A stretch of DNA of 64,000 nucleotides, taken from NCBI GenBank assembly GCA_002189035.1, contig NEEC01000004.1, positions 3,782,001-3,846,000 on the forward strand, read 5' to 3'. This DNA comes from Utricularia gibba. Taxonomy: Eukaryota > Plantae > Magnoliophyta. The position numbers and the translations under genes were made by a program. Below, piece by piece: positions 1 to 12,748 of the stretch (its first letter is position 1; each line of letters opens with the position of its first letter). The notes below the pieces were generated by a model. It ran no database searches. It had not been told where the DNA came from and was given only the letters and a program-made list of their open reading frames with translations.

Positions 1-1050
1 GCGTGGAGGCGAAACCACTCCAATGCAGGAGCATTTACAGCGAAAAATCTTCTGCTCTTGGTGTCAATTTCTGTGATCTTTATTTTTCTTTATCTATCAA
101 CTCAGTCTGCTAAAGACCTGAAGCTAGTTCACAACAGTACCCATGAAGAAACAGTCTTGTTAAGACCCATTAACCCATTCAATTGCCACATGGCACCACA
201 AGCCCACCCAGTCTTCGCCAACATTGTTGAGGGACTCAAGTTCCCTTTTCTATATTCTCTTTCGGACTTTGGGAATCTGCCGGATAAACCCCACAAGAAC
301 ATCGTGAGGATGCTCAAGGGGAAGCCTTTTAGGAGACCTGATATATCTGCGACAGTGCAGGAGCTGTTGGAGAAGATGAAGGCAGAAAACAGACAAGGGA
401 TTTTCGTGGATGTTGGTGCAAATGTTGGAATGGCAAGCTTTGCCGCTGCGGTTATGGGATTCAAGGTGCTGGCTTTTGAGCCTGTTCAGGATAACCTGCA
501 GAGGATCTGCGATGGAATATATCTAAATCGAGTCGCGGAATTGGTGCAAGTTTTCGAAGCTGTGGCTTCTGACAGTGCAGGGAACATCACATTCCATAAG
601 GTATTTCTGTAACCTTGATGCCCTTGGTGACTTCTTTATGTGTGCATTGCTTTGAATTGTGAAAGAGTGTCGTTGTGGTGTATCTAGTTGGTTGGTCGGC
701 TCGACAACAGCGCTGTCTCAGCAGCCGGAGCCAAGATGGCTTTCAAGTCGAACGAAGAGATCGCAGTGGAGGTTCGATCCATTCGTCTAGATGAAGTAAT
801 CCAAGACTCCGAGCCTGTGCTCCTTCTCAAGATAGATGTTCAGGGATGGGAGTATCATGTCCTGAATGGCGCATCAAAGCTACTGTCAAGAAAAAATGGC
901 GCCCCTTACTTGATCTACGAGGAAGACGAGCGCTTGCTGCAAGCAAGCAACAGCAGCTCCCAACAGATACGCCAGTTTCTCAGCTCTTTAGGCTACAACC
1001 AGTGCACACAACGTGGCACTGATGCACATTGCACAAAATCAGTCGACTGA
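1..1050 (+). CDS. FkbM-family (Methyltransf_21) SAM-dependent methyltransferase with N-terminal membrane anchor; 5'-partial; exons <1-600 and 688-1050
   Basis: Frame open from base 1 (AWRRNHS..LLLLVSISVIFIFLYL). SAM motif VDVGANVG, FEP, and LLKIDVQGWEYHVL. GT-AG intron 601-687 joins FHK|LVGRLDNSA in frame. Stop TGA 1048-1050. Confidence 0.9.
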
Positions 1051-1228
1051 ATGAATGTCTGTTTGGTTCAACTTCCTCTATTTAACATAGAAGCCATGCT
1101 TTTTTTAATGAAGGTTCTTATTTCATATGGCATATAGTTGCGGTAACATAAGACTGTCATTGCAAGAACACATTTTTATTACTACCAGTGACGGGCACCG
1201 CGGTAGCAGCACCACGGGTAGAGTATCA

Positions 1229-1564
1229 TCACTCGGAATTGCATTCGTAGTTGCAGTAACACATAGGAGCTTGAGTAGGGAGACTATCACAGTAGCCTCG
1301 CCCATCGGGGGAATGAAGGTCCAAGCATTTGTGAATGCAGTCGTCTTCGGATACGCACATTCCTAATCCAATCGTACATTTCCCCATTCTCTTGTCCGTG
1401 TTCTCGGCATTCGCAACATCTGCAGGAACAAAAACAAGAAGGATTTCTCATCGCTGCTCCTATGCGTGTCCAGTTCTCAATTTCAAAGACGCTCCCAACT
1501 CACCAGCAGCACACAGGAGAGCGAGGAGGAGGAAGACGAGTGCTGAGGTAGAAACTCTGGCCAT
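1229..1564 (-). CDS. Defensin-like (DEFL/LCR-type) cysteine-rich secreted peptide, 83 aa; exons 1564-1504 and 1419-1229
   Basis: Spliced product MARVSTSALVFLLLALLCAADVANAENTDKRMGKCTIGLGMCVSEDDCIHKCLDLHSPDGRGYCDSLPTQAPMCYCNYECNSE. Signal peptide exon, phase-1 GTGAGT..CAG intron (84 nt), 8 Cys with CxxxC, GxC and CxC. TATAAAA about 45 nt upstream on the minus strand. Confidence 0.9.
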
Positions 1565-3625
1565 GGCTCCACAAGTCGGTGATGTTCACTCCATTTTCAC
1601 GTCCTCTTTTTATAGTGACATGATGCCTTCACGTATTTGGTAATTGAAACACGATTAACTTAAGAATTTCGTAGGATTGTAAAAAGGATTCTTCTCTCTT
1701 CCAGATTTACACTATTCCGTCAACCTTAATTAAATAAATAGTGAGAATTTTCGAGGATTATTGGGTCAATTATTTGACCTAATGAATTTTCGTTTGATAA
1801 TACAAAAATGTTTTTTTGTATTAAATAAACACATTAGTCCTATGTTTGGTTATAAGTAGATTATGAATTAAATAATAATATTATTATTATTTATTTCTTA
1901 AACCATATTGAAATATAAATTTATGTATCATATGTGTTTCAATAATCTCATAGTTTGAAAATGTAACATTACTATACTTACTATAAAAGAATTTTCACTT
2001 TAACTATTGTTGTTATTCTCTCTCTCTCTTTTATTAAAAAATTATTTGTTTGTTATCAATCTTTCAAAATTCTATTCAATGTTAAAAGTAAAATAAAAAT
2101 TCATTTTTTAAAATTTTAATTATAGATATTTTGATAATATTTATATAACATTGCATATTCAACTTGCCAAAAAAAAAACTTAATTAATAGTTTTTTTATC
2201 AAATTCAATTATAAACTTTTATAATAAATATTTGAAAATTTAATATTTATGTAGATAAATATTTGTATTGTTTGGAAATGACGAAGTATAGAAGCAAAAA
2301 CAGGGAAGTGTCGATGGCTATTCGATATTTGGAAGTATCAATAAACAAATATTAATCTAATAATATATATTATAACAAAATTTACGTAAGATTTATATTG
2401 TTTTAAATTTTAAACTTTTAATTTATTTAGCATTTAACATAAATGATGATAATTCGACAAGTATATAAAAATCGTCAAAATAGTAAAATAAGATTATATT
2501 CATAGAAAATTATTATTAATTTTTTTTTGAAAACAATGACTCAAAAAATCGAAAACAAAACAAAAGTTTTGTTTTAAAAATAATAAAAAAATGATTTTGG
2601 ATCTAAAATCCACCTTATTTAAAACTTGTTGCTATTTATGTGTGTGAACTTTGAATATTAACTTGATTGTACAAGTTTTAGAGGTATTATTTTAAAATAG
2701 TACTACTCAATAATCGTAATAATACCATCTTTCATTTAATGAAATTATAGAATTAATCTCCACCACAATAACCATTTCACCTCTTGTGATAATTTGTATT
2801 TCTATTATATTAAAACCTAATATCTACACATCACATCTTATAGATAGATTAAACAAAATATATTTTATCAATCATGTTTGATTGAATTTTTTTATTTAAT
2901 TTTAAATTGGGTTTAAAAACACAATCCAATTAAAATTATGTATTATATACATTTTCAAAATAAATTTTCGAAAAACAAAAATGAGAAGTAAAATAAGAAA
3001 TAAGAATAAAATGGTGTTTGTAATTTGAAAAAAAGATTCCATAATGGGAAATGATTTTAAAATAATATATAAATATAATTTCACAAAATATATTTGACTT
3101 TCAACTCTTGAAAACCCTATAAATCAAAAAATTATAAATTAATTTATTAAAATGAATTGAAATAATGAAGAAAAATGACATTATTGAAAAAAATTTAGTA
3201 ATAAATAAATAACATTATCATTTTAAATTCATTTAATATTTTTTGAATGAAAATTATATTTTTTATTTAAAAATTAAGAAATATATATGCTATGTAGAAT
3301 TATTAATTTATTATTTGGATAATGATGAATAAGAATAAAAATATTCACACAGCATAGCCTAGCTTTTCACGTGCAGCGAAGTTTTGAACACAAGTGTCGG
3401 ATCGGACGCTGGGACACGGAGTCTTCTTCTAGAAGAATCCCGAGAACAAATGGTGTAGTGCTGCACTTGGATGCGGTGAGCCCACGTTCTCCGTTGAAAC
3501 AACGCCAAGTTTTATTTGATTCCCCCGCAAGAAACCATTGCTATATATTCCTTCCTTCGACTTCCTTGTTGCATCCGTACTTCCGATTAAGCTTGTCGTG
3601 ATTTTGGAAAGCAAATCTGGGGCAA

Positions 3626-4718
3626 ATGGCCAGCTCAACGCAGCCTCAATCCATCCACGAGTTCACTGTTAAGGTATCGCTCCGGTGATCTGGGTTTTCG
3701 TAGATCCCCGTTAAAAACTGTTTTGGCTTTTAGTTTCATGTTTGTATGCTTCCTTCAGAACGATCTTTCCGGTGATGAGGGGAAAATTGGGCCTTTTTGA
3801 TTGGTGTGTTGAGTGTGATCGTTGCTTTTGTTTCAGGATGCTAAGGGAACTGACGTTAATTTGGGTGTTTACAAGGGAAAAGTTCTGTTGATTGTAAATG
3901 TTGCGTCTCAATGGTAAGGTTCAAATTCGGATCATGCCTATCTGGAGAACCATTTTCTGGTTATAGTTCCCAAATGAGATTGCCTATGTGTTGATTTGCC
4001 GCTGCAACTCTGTATCATCTTTAATTCTCCAACTTTCAAAATTTTTCTGAGAAGCTACTTCTACTGCTGCAGTGGCCTCACCAACTCAAATTATACTGAA
4101 TTGACAGAGCTGTACCAGAAATACAAGGATCAAGGTTGGAGTCTGCATCCACTTTCTTTTACCTCTGTTTAGAAACGGAAGGGTTTACTGTCTTAATTGT
4201 TCCTGAAATGATGATTCAAAGAGTTGCTTGTCGTTTCCCGTTCCAGGTTTGGAGATCCTTGCATTTCCCTGCAATCAGTTCGGCTCACAGGAGCCTGGCT
4301 CTAATGAAGAAATTCAACAATTTGTTTGTACTCGCTTCAAGGCCGAATATCCCATATTTGACAAGGTCTGATTGCTCTTGACGATGATACCGTACCTATC
4401 ATGTATGAAAACTTATCCTAAAACATGTTGTAGGTTGATGTAAATGGAGCCAATGCATCTCCCCTGTACAAATATATGAAGTCTATTAAGGGAGGCCTTT
4501 TTGGTGACAACATAAAATGGAACTTCTCCAAGTTTCTCGTCGACAAAAATGGCAGAGTTGTTGAACGCTACGCTCCTACCACATCTCCCTTGAGCATAGA
4601 GGTAAACATATTTCACTGCATGAATCAATCCTTTCCCTACATGAACAATCGATCACTGTTTGCTTCATGTCTCTCGCTTCTGCAGAAGGACATTAAGAAG
4701 CTTCTTGCCCAGGAGTAG
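3626..4718 (+). CDS. GPX: Glutathione peroxidase (thioredoxin-dependent PHGPx, GPX6-like), 168 aa; exons 3626-3673, 3837-3913, 4073-4134, 4247-4365, 4434-4601, 4686-4718
   Basis: All introns GT-AG; exon total 507 nt in frame. Signature motifs [32 protein letters not shown]. Confidence 0.96.
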
Positions 4719-7700
4719 TAAGGAAGCGCATCCCTTGTCTCCCGTTTCCTTGTTGCAATAACATGGTTTGTGTAGTGCTGCCCATGGAAGTCGACTACTT
4801 GTACTAGAAGTGAACTATTCCTGATTCAATAAAGTGAATTTTACTCCAATTTACTAGGAGTTGCTTTCGGTTTTAGTTTCAAATTGTTAAGACATGCTAT
4901 AGAAATCAAGTGTACGAATACAGCAGAACTTCGCCGACAATACATATCGATGCATCTTCAATGCTGAATCTTAACTGAGTTTTTCACTACTTTCGAGGCT
5001 TCACGGCCAAGTGTGGTAAACAGTTTTAGAGGATGCTGGTGCTATTTCATTTGCAGCAATATGCACAATATCACAGCAGCCTGCCGATCATCATCCATGC
5101 GTAAGGTCGATATCCTTCTGAGAGTTCTTGAATATCACCCAGGCGTAAATGTGGTAGAGGACTTCTCATCAGAAGAATGTTCTGGTTCAAATTTCACGTC
5201 TTCAATTTCAGATTGCCATACAGAACACTATATGCAACTACTTTTAGAAGGAAAGGCGTGGATACAGATCGAGTTATCACCTAAGAAGGGTAAATGACTT
5301 AAGTTTCAATGTGAAGTGAAGCTTCGCACAGGTACCAGTTACCTGAAGGATTTGCAGCAATGAGCTTGCCGCCTACGGCTTCGAGTATTAATCCGGACTA
5401 CCAGTGTAGATTACCAAGTAAGATCCCGACAAGCACGGTATCTCAAAACGACCCTAAGAGCATTAATTAGGTTGAGAAAAGGAACAAGATAGATACCAGT
5501 TTTTTTACTTTCAAAGTGAGCATATTCCTTGTGCAAACGTAGACTGTATCAGGGAACAAAGGGGCCATGTGAACAAGCGAATGCACGTTGGAGAATAAAG
5601 TAGGTTGGAGATTCAAATCTGAACCGGAAGAAAATGAGTAGCAAAACTACCTCAGAAATCTCTCTTTACAGTTTTTTATGTGTCATATATATAAGAGTAC
5701 ATCAGTAAAATCCTATACGATTACATGATGTCTCTCTAATAGCTAACCTACATAATCCTTTTGAATCGTTTGAACGTCTGATAATCTCAATAGCTCCCTG
5801 CTCAAGCTGAGTGGAGGGGAGAGACCGAACGCCAAGCTTTCACATCAGCTTGTGGAAAGCTGATGATACCATGGTTTTAGTAAAACAATGTGCAACTTGC
5901 ATGTAGGAAGGTATTTAGCAAGGAAGCAAAAATCCAACCTTGAATGAGTCACAAACAAAATGACAATTGATGTCTAAGTACTTCATTCTCTCTTGGAATA
6001 CAAGATTTTTGGTAATGTGAAGAGTAGATTGACTATCACACCACAAATTCACTGGCTGTGGAAAAGATATGCCAAAGTCTTGTGCGAGGTAAGAAATCCA
6101 TAGCAGCTCTATAGAGGCTACTCCAAGGCAAAGGTATTCAGCCTCTATGGATGAGCACGACACATTGGGTTGTTTTTTGGTATGCGAGATTAAACTTGCC
6201 CCCATAAATACACAATAGCTACTAATAGAGTGCTTGGTATCAACACAGGCACCCCAATCTACATCTGCATAAGCTGCAAAAGGGAGAGTTGTGGAGGTCA
6301 AAGGTGAACTTGGAAGTGGTTCACTTGGGTAAAATAAACCAATATTATCACTGCCAAATAAATAAGAAAGAGCCCTGCGAGTTACATCCCAGTGAGCAGC
6401 TTTAGGTGATTGTGTGAATTGACTTAGTTGTTGCATAACAAATGCTAAGTTTAGTGTGGTAAAGTTTAAGTAGAGCAAGCGACCTATCAACCGTTGGTAA
6501 TTCCCAACATCCATAGTAGGTTCATCATCAATGTATACAAACTTATGGTTTCAAAGAAGTGGGGTAGAAACATCCTTCAAAAATCTATGCTCAAAAGCTT
6601 GTAATATCGCAAGAATATATTTATGCTAACTTAGAAACATACCAATAGGCGATATGTGAATATTCACACCAAGGAAAAAGGACATTGGACCAAGATGTTT
6701 GATCAATCTAGTGTACCATAATAAATTGGAATCTAAAGATTGTGTAAGCCCTAAATATACAGTATTGGAACTCAAAAAATCAATTGCCAATTGAAAAAAA
6801 ATTTTTGCAATTAGTGTATGTGTTCAAGAGACAATCAATTTATTGGCAAATCTTACATTATGATATCTATTTTGAATTGTGATCAAATTTATATCACTGA
6901 TAAAATACTCCACTTGATCTATATGCTGTAGAAATAATGATAAGATCATAATATGAGATTCTTTAAACATTTATGTTCAAGTTAAAAATTCCCTATCTAG
7001 AGTATTTGTAAAATGAGGATATCACAAATATGGATAAACTGACACCCATTGAGTTCCCTAAATTGTTTAGGCAATGGTTCTCATAGTTAATGTAATAAGA
7101 TTACTAAAACCAATGTATGGATATCGATTCTAGAGTCTTCGAGATGCTACAATAGGAAGTAGTGTCAGTAGCAAGATCTCGAATGTGACATCCGTGCAAG
7201 TAAGTTTAAACTTGAGATCAATAGAGTTATCTTGATATTAAGCTCACATTTTCGCTCATTACTAATGGAAGTCTAACCATGGCTTGCCTAATATGGATGA
7301 GAAGGAATGTGAATTCTTAATATTGGAGATATTTGATTGATTAATAAATGATTCATCACTCATGTTAGCTATAAGATTTTATCTCAAGTAATTGTATCAA
7401 ATATTAACAGTAAGTTCTAGGCCCAAGGTAATGACACTCAAAAAGTGTGAGTCGGTCATTAAGTGTTAGTGCTTAAATGCAATTATAAGTTCGATACATC
7501 AAAAAGACACATACCAATATTCTGATATTGAATGAGATATAAATATCATGAAAGTTATTCATTGCATGGTGGCTGGTCATAGAAAGACTCGATCAATTCA
7601 CTTTATTATTCTTACATCTTGAGAATCATGATATGTTGCTAGACATCACTCATGATCGATAATGATAGATTTAATAAATTAAGAGTTAATTAATAAATCC

Positions 7701-7954
7701 ATTATTACGACCTTGATTGAAGAAGCTTATAGAGTCACTCATCGATATAAAATAGAATGACATAATTATATGAAATGTAATTTGTAAAGTGGATTGATTA
7801 AATAAGATAAGATCTTTACATAGATTTGATTAGATATGCTATCGAATATCTATCATAAAGATTCGATCTATAGAGATTTTCATATCTTTGTTCTCTCTGA
7901 GATTCATCTACAAGGGGGCGATTTTCTCTACTAGTACCTAAGGAGATCGACTAG

Positions 7955-10418
7955 TGTTGCGTGTCGTTTCCTCAACAAATTTTAAATGTATAAAACGTAA
8001 AACACAATAAGCGTAGTACGAGTATCGATCTCAGGGAGTTGTTTTTCGTGAAAAGTGTTTGTAAGAAACTTTCACAAAATGTCACGGTTTTGCAAAAGGG
8101 GGTTTTTAAGAGGTAGAAATAAAAGTTACAATCTAAGTAATGGGCCTTGACTCGGTACGCAGTTCCTGGGAATAAGATTCTATTTCCTTCCTTGCCTCGG
8201 TTTTCACTAATTTCTTCCGAATAGCTGGTTATAGGAGCAAGGAATAGCATACTCTCTCTTACACTCCGATTGACAAGGAGGCATGGGAATAGCCTCATGT
8301 GATTCCCTCTTTGACGATTAAGAAGACAAGAGGATTGCATTCGATTGCCTTCAAAACCGAATTGTGCGCGTGTGCCCAGTTGTTGCCAATGGCCAGTGGC
8401 AGGTCCGAGGTCACAACCTGTCCACTGTCGCGGTACCTAGGTCACAAACAATTTGCTATTTCCCTCGAACCGGCAGGGTTGGAGTTGGTGCTCTTCACCT
8501 TGATCTTCACCAAAATCCGCGAGGAGTGGCCTGCTACTCATGGACCTTGACTAAGAGTCGTTATAGAAAGACTGCAACAATACGCATGGAAGTATGTAGA
8601 ATCCGAATTGAATTTAGCGAAGAATCGAGTGTGTTGCTCAAGACTTGGAAGGAAATTTCATCTACTCCTAGAAACTAAAAGATTTAGCCACAAAGGGCCA
8701 TAGAAACAGAAACGAAAAGAAAGCTAAGTGTTCTTTCTCCTCGAAGAGAAAAGAACTCAAAATGTTCTAAGTATAGAAAGGAAATGGCAAAAGTCTGAAA
8801 CTAAGTGCTCCAAATGGCTTTTATATCTCTCCCCACGTGCATTAACTCCTTTGGGTCCCCTTCCCATCATTCTTTTTGTCTTGCATGCGCCAATAGCCTT
8901 CCTTTGCATGCAAGTTAGCGCCCAATCATTGCTGCAGACTCTAACATGCTAATAAACGAAAAATTGTGCAAGGCGTTAATTGCAAATTTTCATATCAAAT
9001 AAATTTACAACCTAAACCACATTCAAGCATAAAACAATTATGAGCATAGTGATTAGGGTCGAACACGAAGAGCAGGTGCTTGCTATGTGAAAGTTGACGC
9101 ACGAAACTAGTGTCACGTTGGTAAAATTGGTCTTAGCTAGGACTAAGGCAGAACTAAAACGAAATACAGTAAATAAAATAACAAGTTCTAGAGTTCGGTT
9201 GTTTCTGGAATGGAGTGGGTGATGCCTTGGGACTCCTAGGGGATGTATGCTCATCAGTAAACAAACTCACACAAACCACAAATCATACAACTAACTCACA
9301 AGATCTAGGTCTACCCGGATTCTTGTTTTTCCCCCTAATCTTTGGTCTACCTCTAATTAGGGTTGTTAAGTTGGGTTTCACTACTTCCCCCTCCTGAATC
9401 TATCCTGGTTTGTTAAGGAAGTGGCGTGACTCATGACTATTTAGATCTAAAGGTTGATTAACATGTTTCTCCCTTTTTACCCCAAGGCACCCCCTAAGTA
9501 CTTAGCCACTCATGCTTAAGGTAAATGAAAGTGGAAAAGAAAACATCACCCACAGTGTGATCATTTCACAGTCAAATACCAGAAAGCAAACAAGCAAGTA
9601 ATGTGAAGTGTCAACAAAAACTGAAAAACGTCACTAGCTACTCTTAGCTAGGAGTAATGTTCTTCGAAGACAGAAAATAATCTTGAACTTCAGCTTCGTT
9701 CCTGTTTGTCTTCCTTCTTCTTCGTCTCCAGAAAACCTTCCCAGAAATTGTGTTCGTGAGTCTCCAAGGGGAGATCTGCTTTTCTCTCCACCTTTCCTCC
9801 CTTTTTGTCCAAAATCTCCATTTTTCACCTCCTTGGACTTTGTGTGTACTCTTTTTCAGACTTCTACCACATTCTCTGCCACCACACTGTTCATACTCGG
9901 CTCCTTGAGATTTGTGTTGCGACCCATACTGCATTGCTCGAAAGGAACTGTTAGAAGGTTGGGACTAAATTTGCGATTTAGTCCCAACTGAGACTAAAAG
10001 TGCACTCCTACGGTACTTATGTGCAAAAATATAGAAACCGGCAATTAAGCTTAATTTTTGTAGCATAAAATGAGTAAATTCCATGCATTGAGCCACTTAA
10101 AAATATGTGTTATCACATGCCATAAGTCAGGGGCCTTGACCAGTGTCAGTCTTCCGTCCACAATCGTTCCAAGTCACGTACAAGGCACAAAAACTCAGAG
10201 TCTAAACACCTGCAATACTTCTGCAACACTCTACGACGATCTCCTGACATGTCTCGGTCAAAGGGTGGAAAAAAAGATAGAAAATATATGCATAATAGGA
10301 AAATAGGGATTTTCTAAGGAAAATCAATTTATTATCAATATAATTCCTAATTGGGCGACTTAATACATAATTAACACATAATAATACTTAATAAATAACT
10401 AGAAAATGACAGTTAACA
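7955..10418 (-). mobile_element. Athila-like Gypsy solo LTR, family A copy 1 (contains a second solo LTR)
   Basis: TG..CA termini; TSD ACTAG at 7950-7954 and 10419-10423; collinear with 38798-40083; AGTACGAGTATCGATCTCAGGGAG motif typical of Athila-type LTRs. Confidence 0.88.
8950..10115 (-). mobile_element. Second Athila-like solo LTR (family B, 1166 bp) inserted in solo LTR A1
   Basis: TSD CATGC at 8945-8949 and 10116-10120. Minus strand begins TGATAACACATATTTTT and ends TTTTCGTTTATTA (CA end changed to TA). Absent from the 38798-40083 copy, which has a single CATGC at 39793-39797. Confidence 0.8.
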
Positions 10419-12748
10419 ACTAGCATTCTGTGGCCTTGAAAAGGTTATCGATGAAGTGCTTTACGTGTAGATACCATAGAAGCCATCTGCTATTGGCGGT
10501 TGATGAACAACGAACTGCACTGAAAGGTATTTTCAAAATTACTTTATCTAATGTGTACCATATTCCAAGATCTGTGGTTTGGGTTTCTCGAAAAATTTTA
10601 AATTCTGCTGCACTGATGTCTACGAGAAACCTAATAGTTGCTGCTCTAATGGCAGTTTCTCTTGCAAAGCAATTGTGCACATTCGAATAAGATGAGGCAA
10701 AAAAGATTGTCATTCATATGAGTAAAGCAAAATTCCCACTCCTAGAAAGTTGCCTAGTTATACAAAATGCAGTAGGTCCCAGTGAACGCAAATTTAGCAG
10801 AATTAGCTAAATGGGAAATTGACAATAGTTTATGCTTAAAAGTGAGGACATATAAAACATCATCAAGTTTTATGGCTAGGACCATAAATACGAAACCATT
10901 GTGTGTAGGTAGTTGAGTTGAATCGTCTAAGAAAAAAATTGGAATTGGTTGTGGGAGAAGGGTGATGTTGGTAAAAAAGGATTGATCAATACAAAGATGT
11001 GTGGTGACACTTGTATCTATTATGTTGTTCTTATCACCTATCATAAACAAAACAGAATTTAAAGAGATGCACATATCTACAAAATCCCGAAACACATGAT
11101 GAGCTTGTTCGTTAGCATCATTCTTTGCTTGTGGAGCCACCACCTTGATTATTTCCTATTGAATGATTTTCCAAGCATTATCCTTTTGTTATTGCATTGT
11201 TCGCATTGCTTCTCGATCACTTGAGCATTGATTTGGAAATTCAAGTTAACTAAAACTCCTTGTTTCTCTGTTTGATTGCTCCTTTTCTTCTTCTACTTGT
11301 CTGGATAACCATGCAGCTTATAACAAGTTCCCTTTAAGTGCTCTTCATATCTACAATGGGTACACAATCGACCCTTCGGGTCTTTTATTAAATTTTGTGC
11401 ATTTGAAGACTGAAATTGATGAGGTATGGCATTGCCTTGATTGAACATTAATGCACTTTGATGAATAGTATGTATCTGCACTATCTTCATCTATCTTTCC
11501 ACATTTAGCATCATAGCATACATTTGATCCAATTGCAATTCAAGCTTTGAATCCTTGTATGTGGTGCAATGATTTTCCAACATTATTCCTTTCAAGTCAG
11601 ATCAAAGGTTCTTCATTGTAGAGTAGTACTCACAAATTGTCATTGTAAGTGGTACACAACAATTAAATTCATTTGTCCAAGTTGATCCTCGAATGGACCT
11701 ATGCTGACCCAAATGAATTAAAATTAGCTGTAACTTCTTGGGATATTGAGTTAACCAGACTACATCTTATCATAATGTCAGCTCTATTCCAAGTTGAAAA
11801 TGATTGATTTGAAGAAAGAGTGTGTGGTAGTCTTTCATTTGCAAAGACTAGTTTATTTTCATGTATCTAGTGCCATGGTCATACTATGATGCTATGATAG
11901 AAAATTCTTGGTAGTTGGTGCAGGTTGTAACAAAATTAAACTTGGGTTCTCAAACTCATGCACATAAAGAGGATCAGAAGGTTTTAACACTCTTAAATTG
12001 AAGGAGTTGGAGTAGTCTCCATAGATCTACCATTTCCTCCTTCCTTGTTCACCAGGCTGTTTTGAAGTGTTTTCTGCACACATCATCTGCGATGATGAAC
12101 AATCCACACTCTCCGCACCATGAAAAAGTGAACACAAGTTTGAGAATAACATAGGTTGGAGATTCAAATCTGAACTGAAAGAAAACGGCCAATAGAACTA
12201 TCCTAGTGATCTCTCTTTACAATGTTCTATGTGGCATGTGTATAAGGGTACATCAATAAAATCCTATACAATTGAATGATGTGTCTCTTATAGAAAACCT
12301 CTAGAATCCTCTTGATTCATTTGATCGTCCAATAATCTCAATACCATGCCTTGTTACCAATACGCTCAAAACTTTTCCATATGAGATTTCTTTTTGAGTT
12401 ACAAGATGATAACTAAAAAGGCATATCATTCTAAGAATGCTTCATCACATCGATTTGTGTATCTATTTCTAGATAATATATGCTACTGAAGTTGAGACAT
12501 GTATTGGCAAATTGCCACATGCTTTGCCAAAAATGCCTAACAAATTTAGCATCACATTTGACATGATGGTTAGAGGAAGGACATGAAACAATAGTAAGAA
12601 TTATAGAAGAGTAAAGTTAGCCACAGATGTTTCTTAAGTTTCTACCAGAGGTGTAATTTTGGGTTCTCCATATGCTCCCTTATTGTTTTGAATTTTTGCT
12701 AGTGATGTAGATTTATGACAGGAAGTTCTAAACAAGCTTTCCAATGCT

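Larger units (their letters stand above)
6734..10636 (+). mobile_element. Probable Angela-like Copia LTR remnant nested in the 5570-12343 element (left border approximate), split by the 7955-10418 insertion
   Basis: Non-coding segment replacing the RT N-terminus and integrase core. Start (..GCCCTAAA) and end (AAATTTTAAATTCTGCTGC..AAACCTAATA) resemble Angela-type LTRs as I recall them. No TSD recovered. Confidence 0.5.
5570..12343 (-). mobile_element. Old Ty1/Copia LTR retrotransposon (short LTRs, Ale-like), internally deleted, hosting nested LTRs
   Basis: 223-bp LTRs at 5570-5792 and 12121-12343 (about 46 mismatches, ungapped, hand count). TSD CCATG at 5565-5569 and 12344-12348. PPT next to 5793; PBS-like TGGTGCGGAGAGTGTGGA at 12120-12103. 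RT/RNase H (ADVDWGAC, SSIEAEY), protease (DTSVTTHLC) and zinc knuckle (CTHCRYEEHLKGTC) remnants. Confidence 0.92.

Noticed and set aside
1335-1643. 102-aa plus-strand ORF (MQSSSDTH..)
   Set aside because: Antisense shadow of the DEFL gene.
3371-3625. In-frame upstream extension of GPX resembling a GPX6-type transit peptide
   Set aside because: No in-frame ATG, and a TGA at 3599-3601 closes the frame; treated as promoter/5' UTR.
5013-5297. 94-aa plus-strand ORF (MVNSFRG..)
   Set aside because: Antisense to the last exon of the AHL pseudogene.
7972-8678. Several 80-120-aa ORFs recurring at 38927-39617
   Set aside because: They lie in homologous solo LTRs, are broken differently in the two copies, and show no codon-level conservation I could verify.
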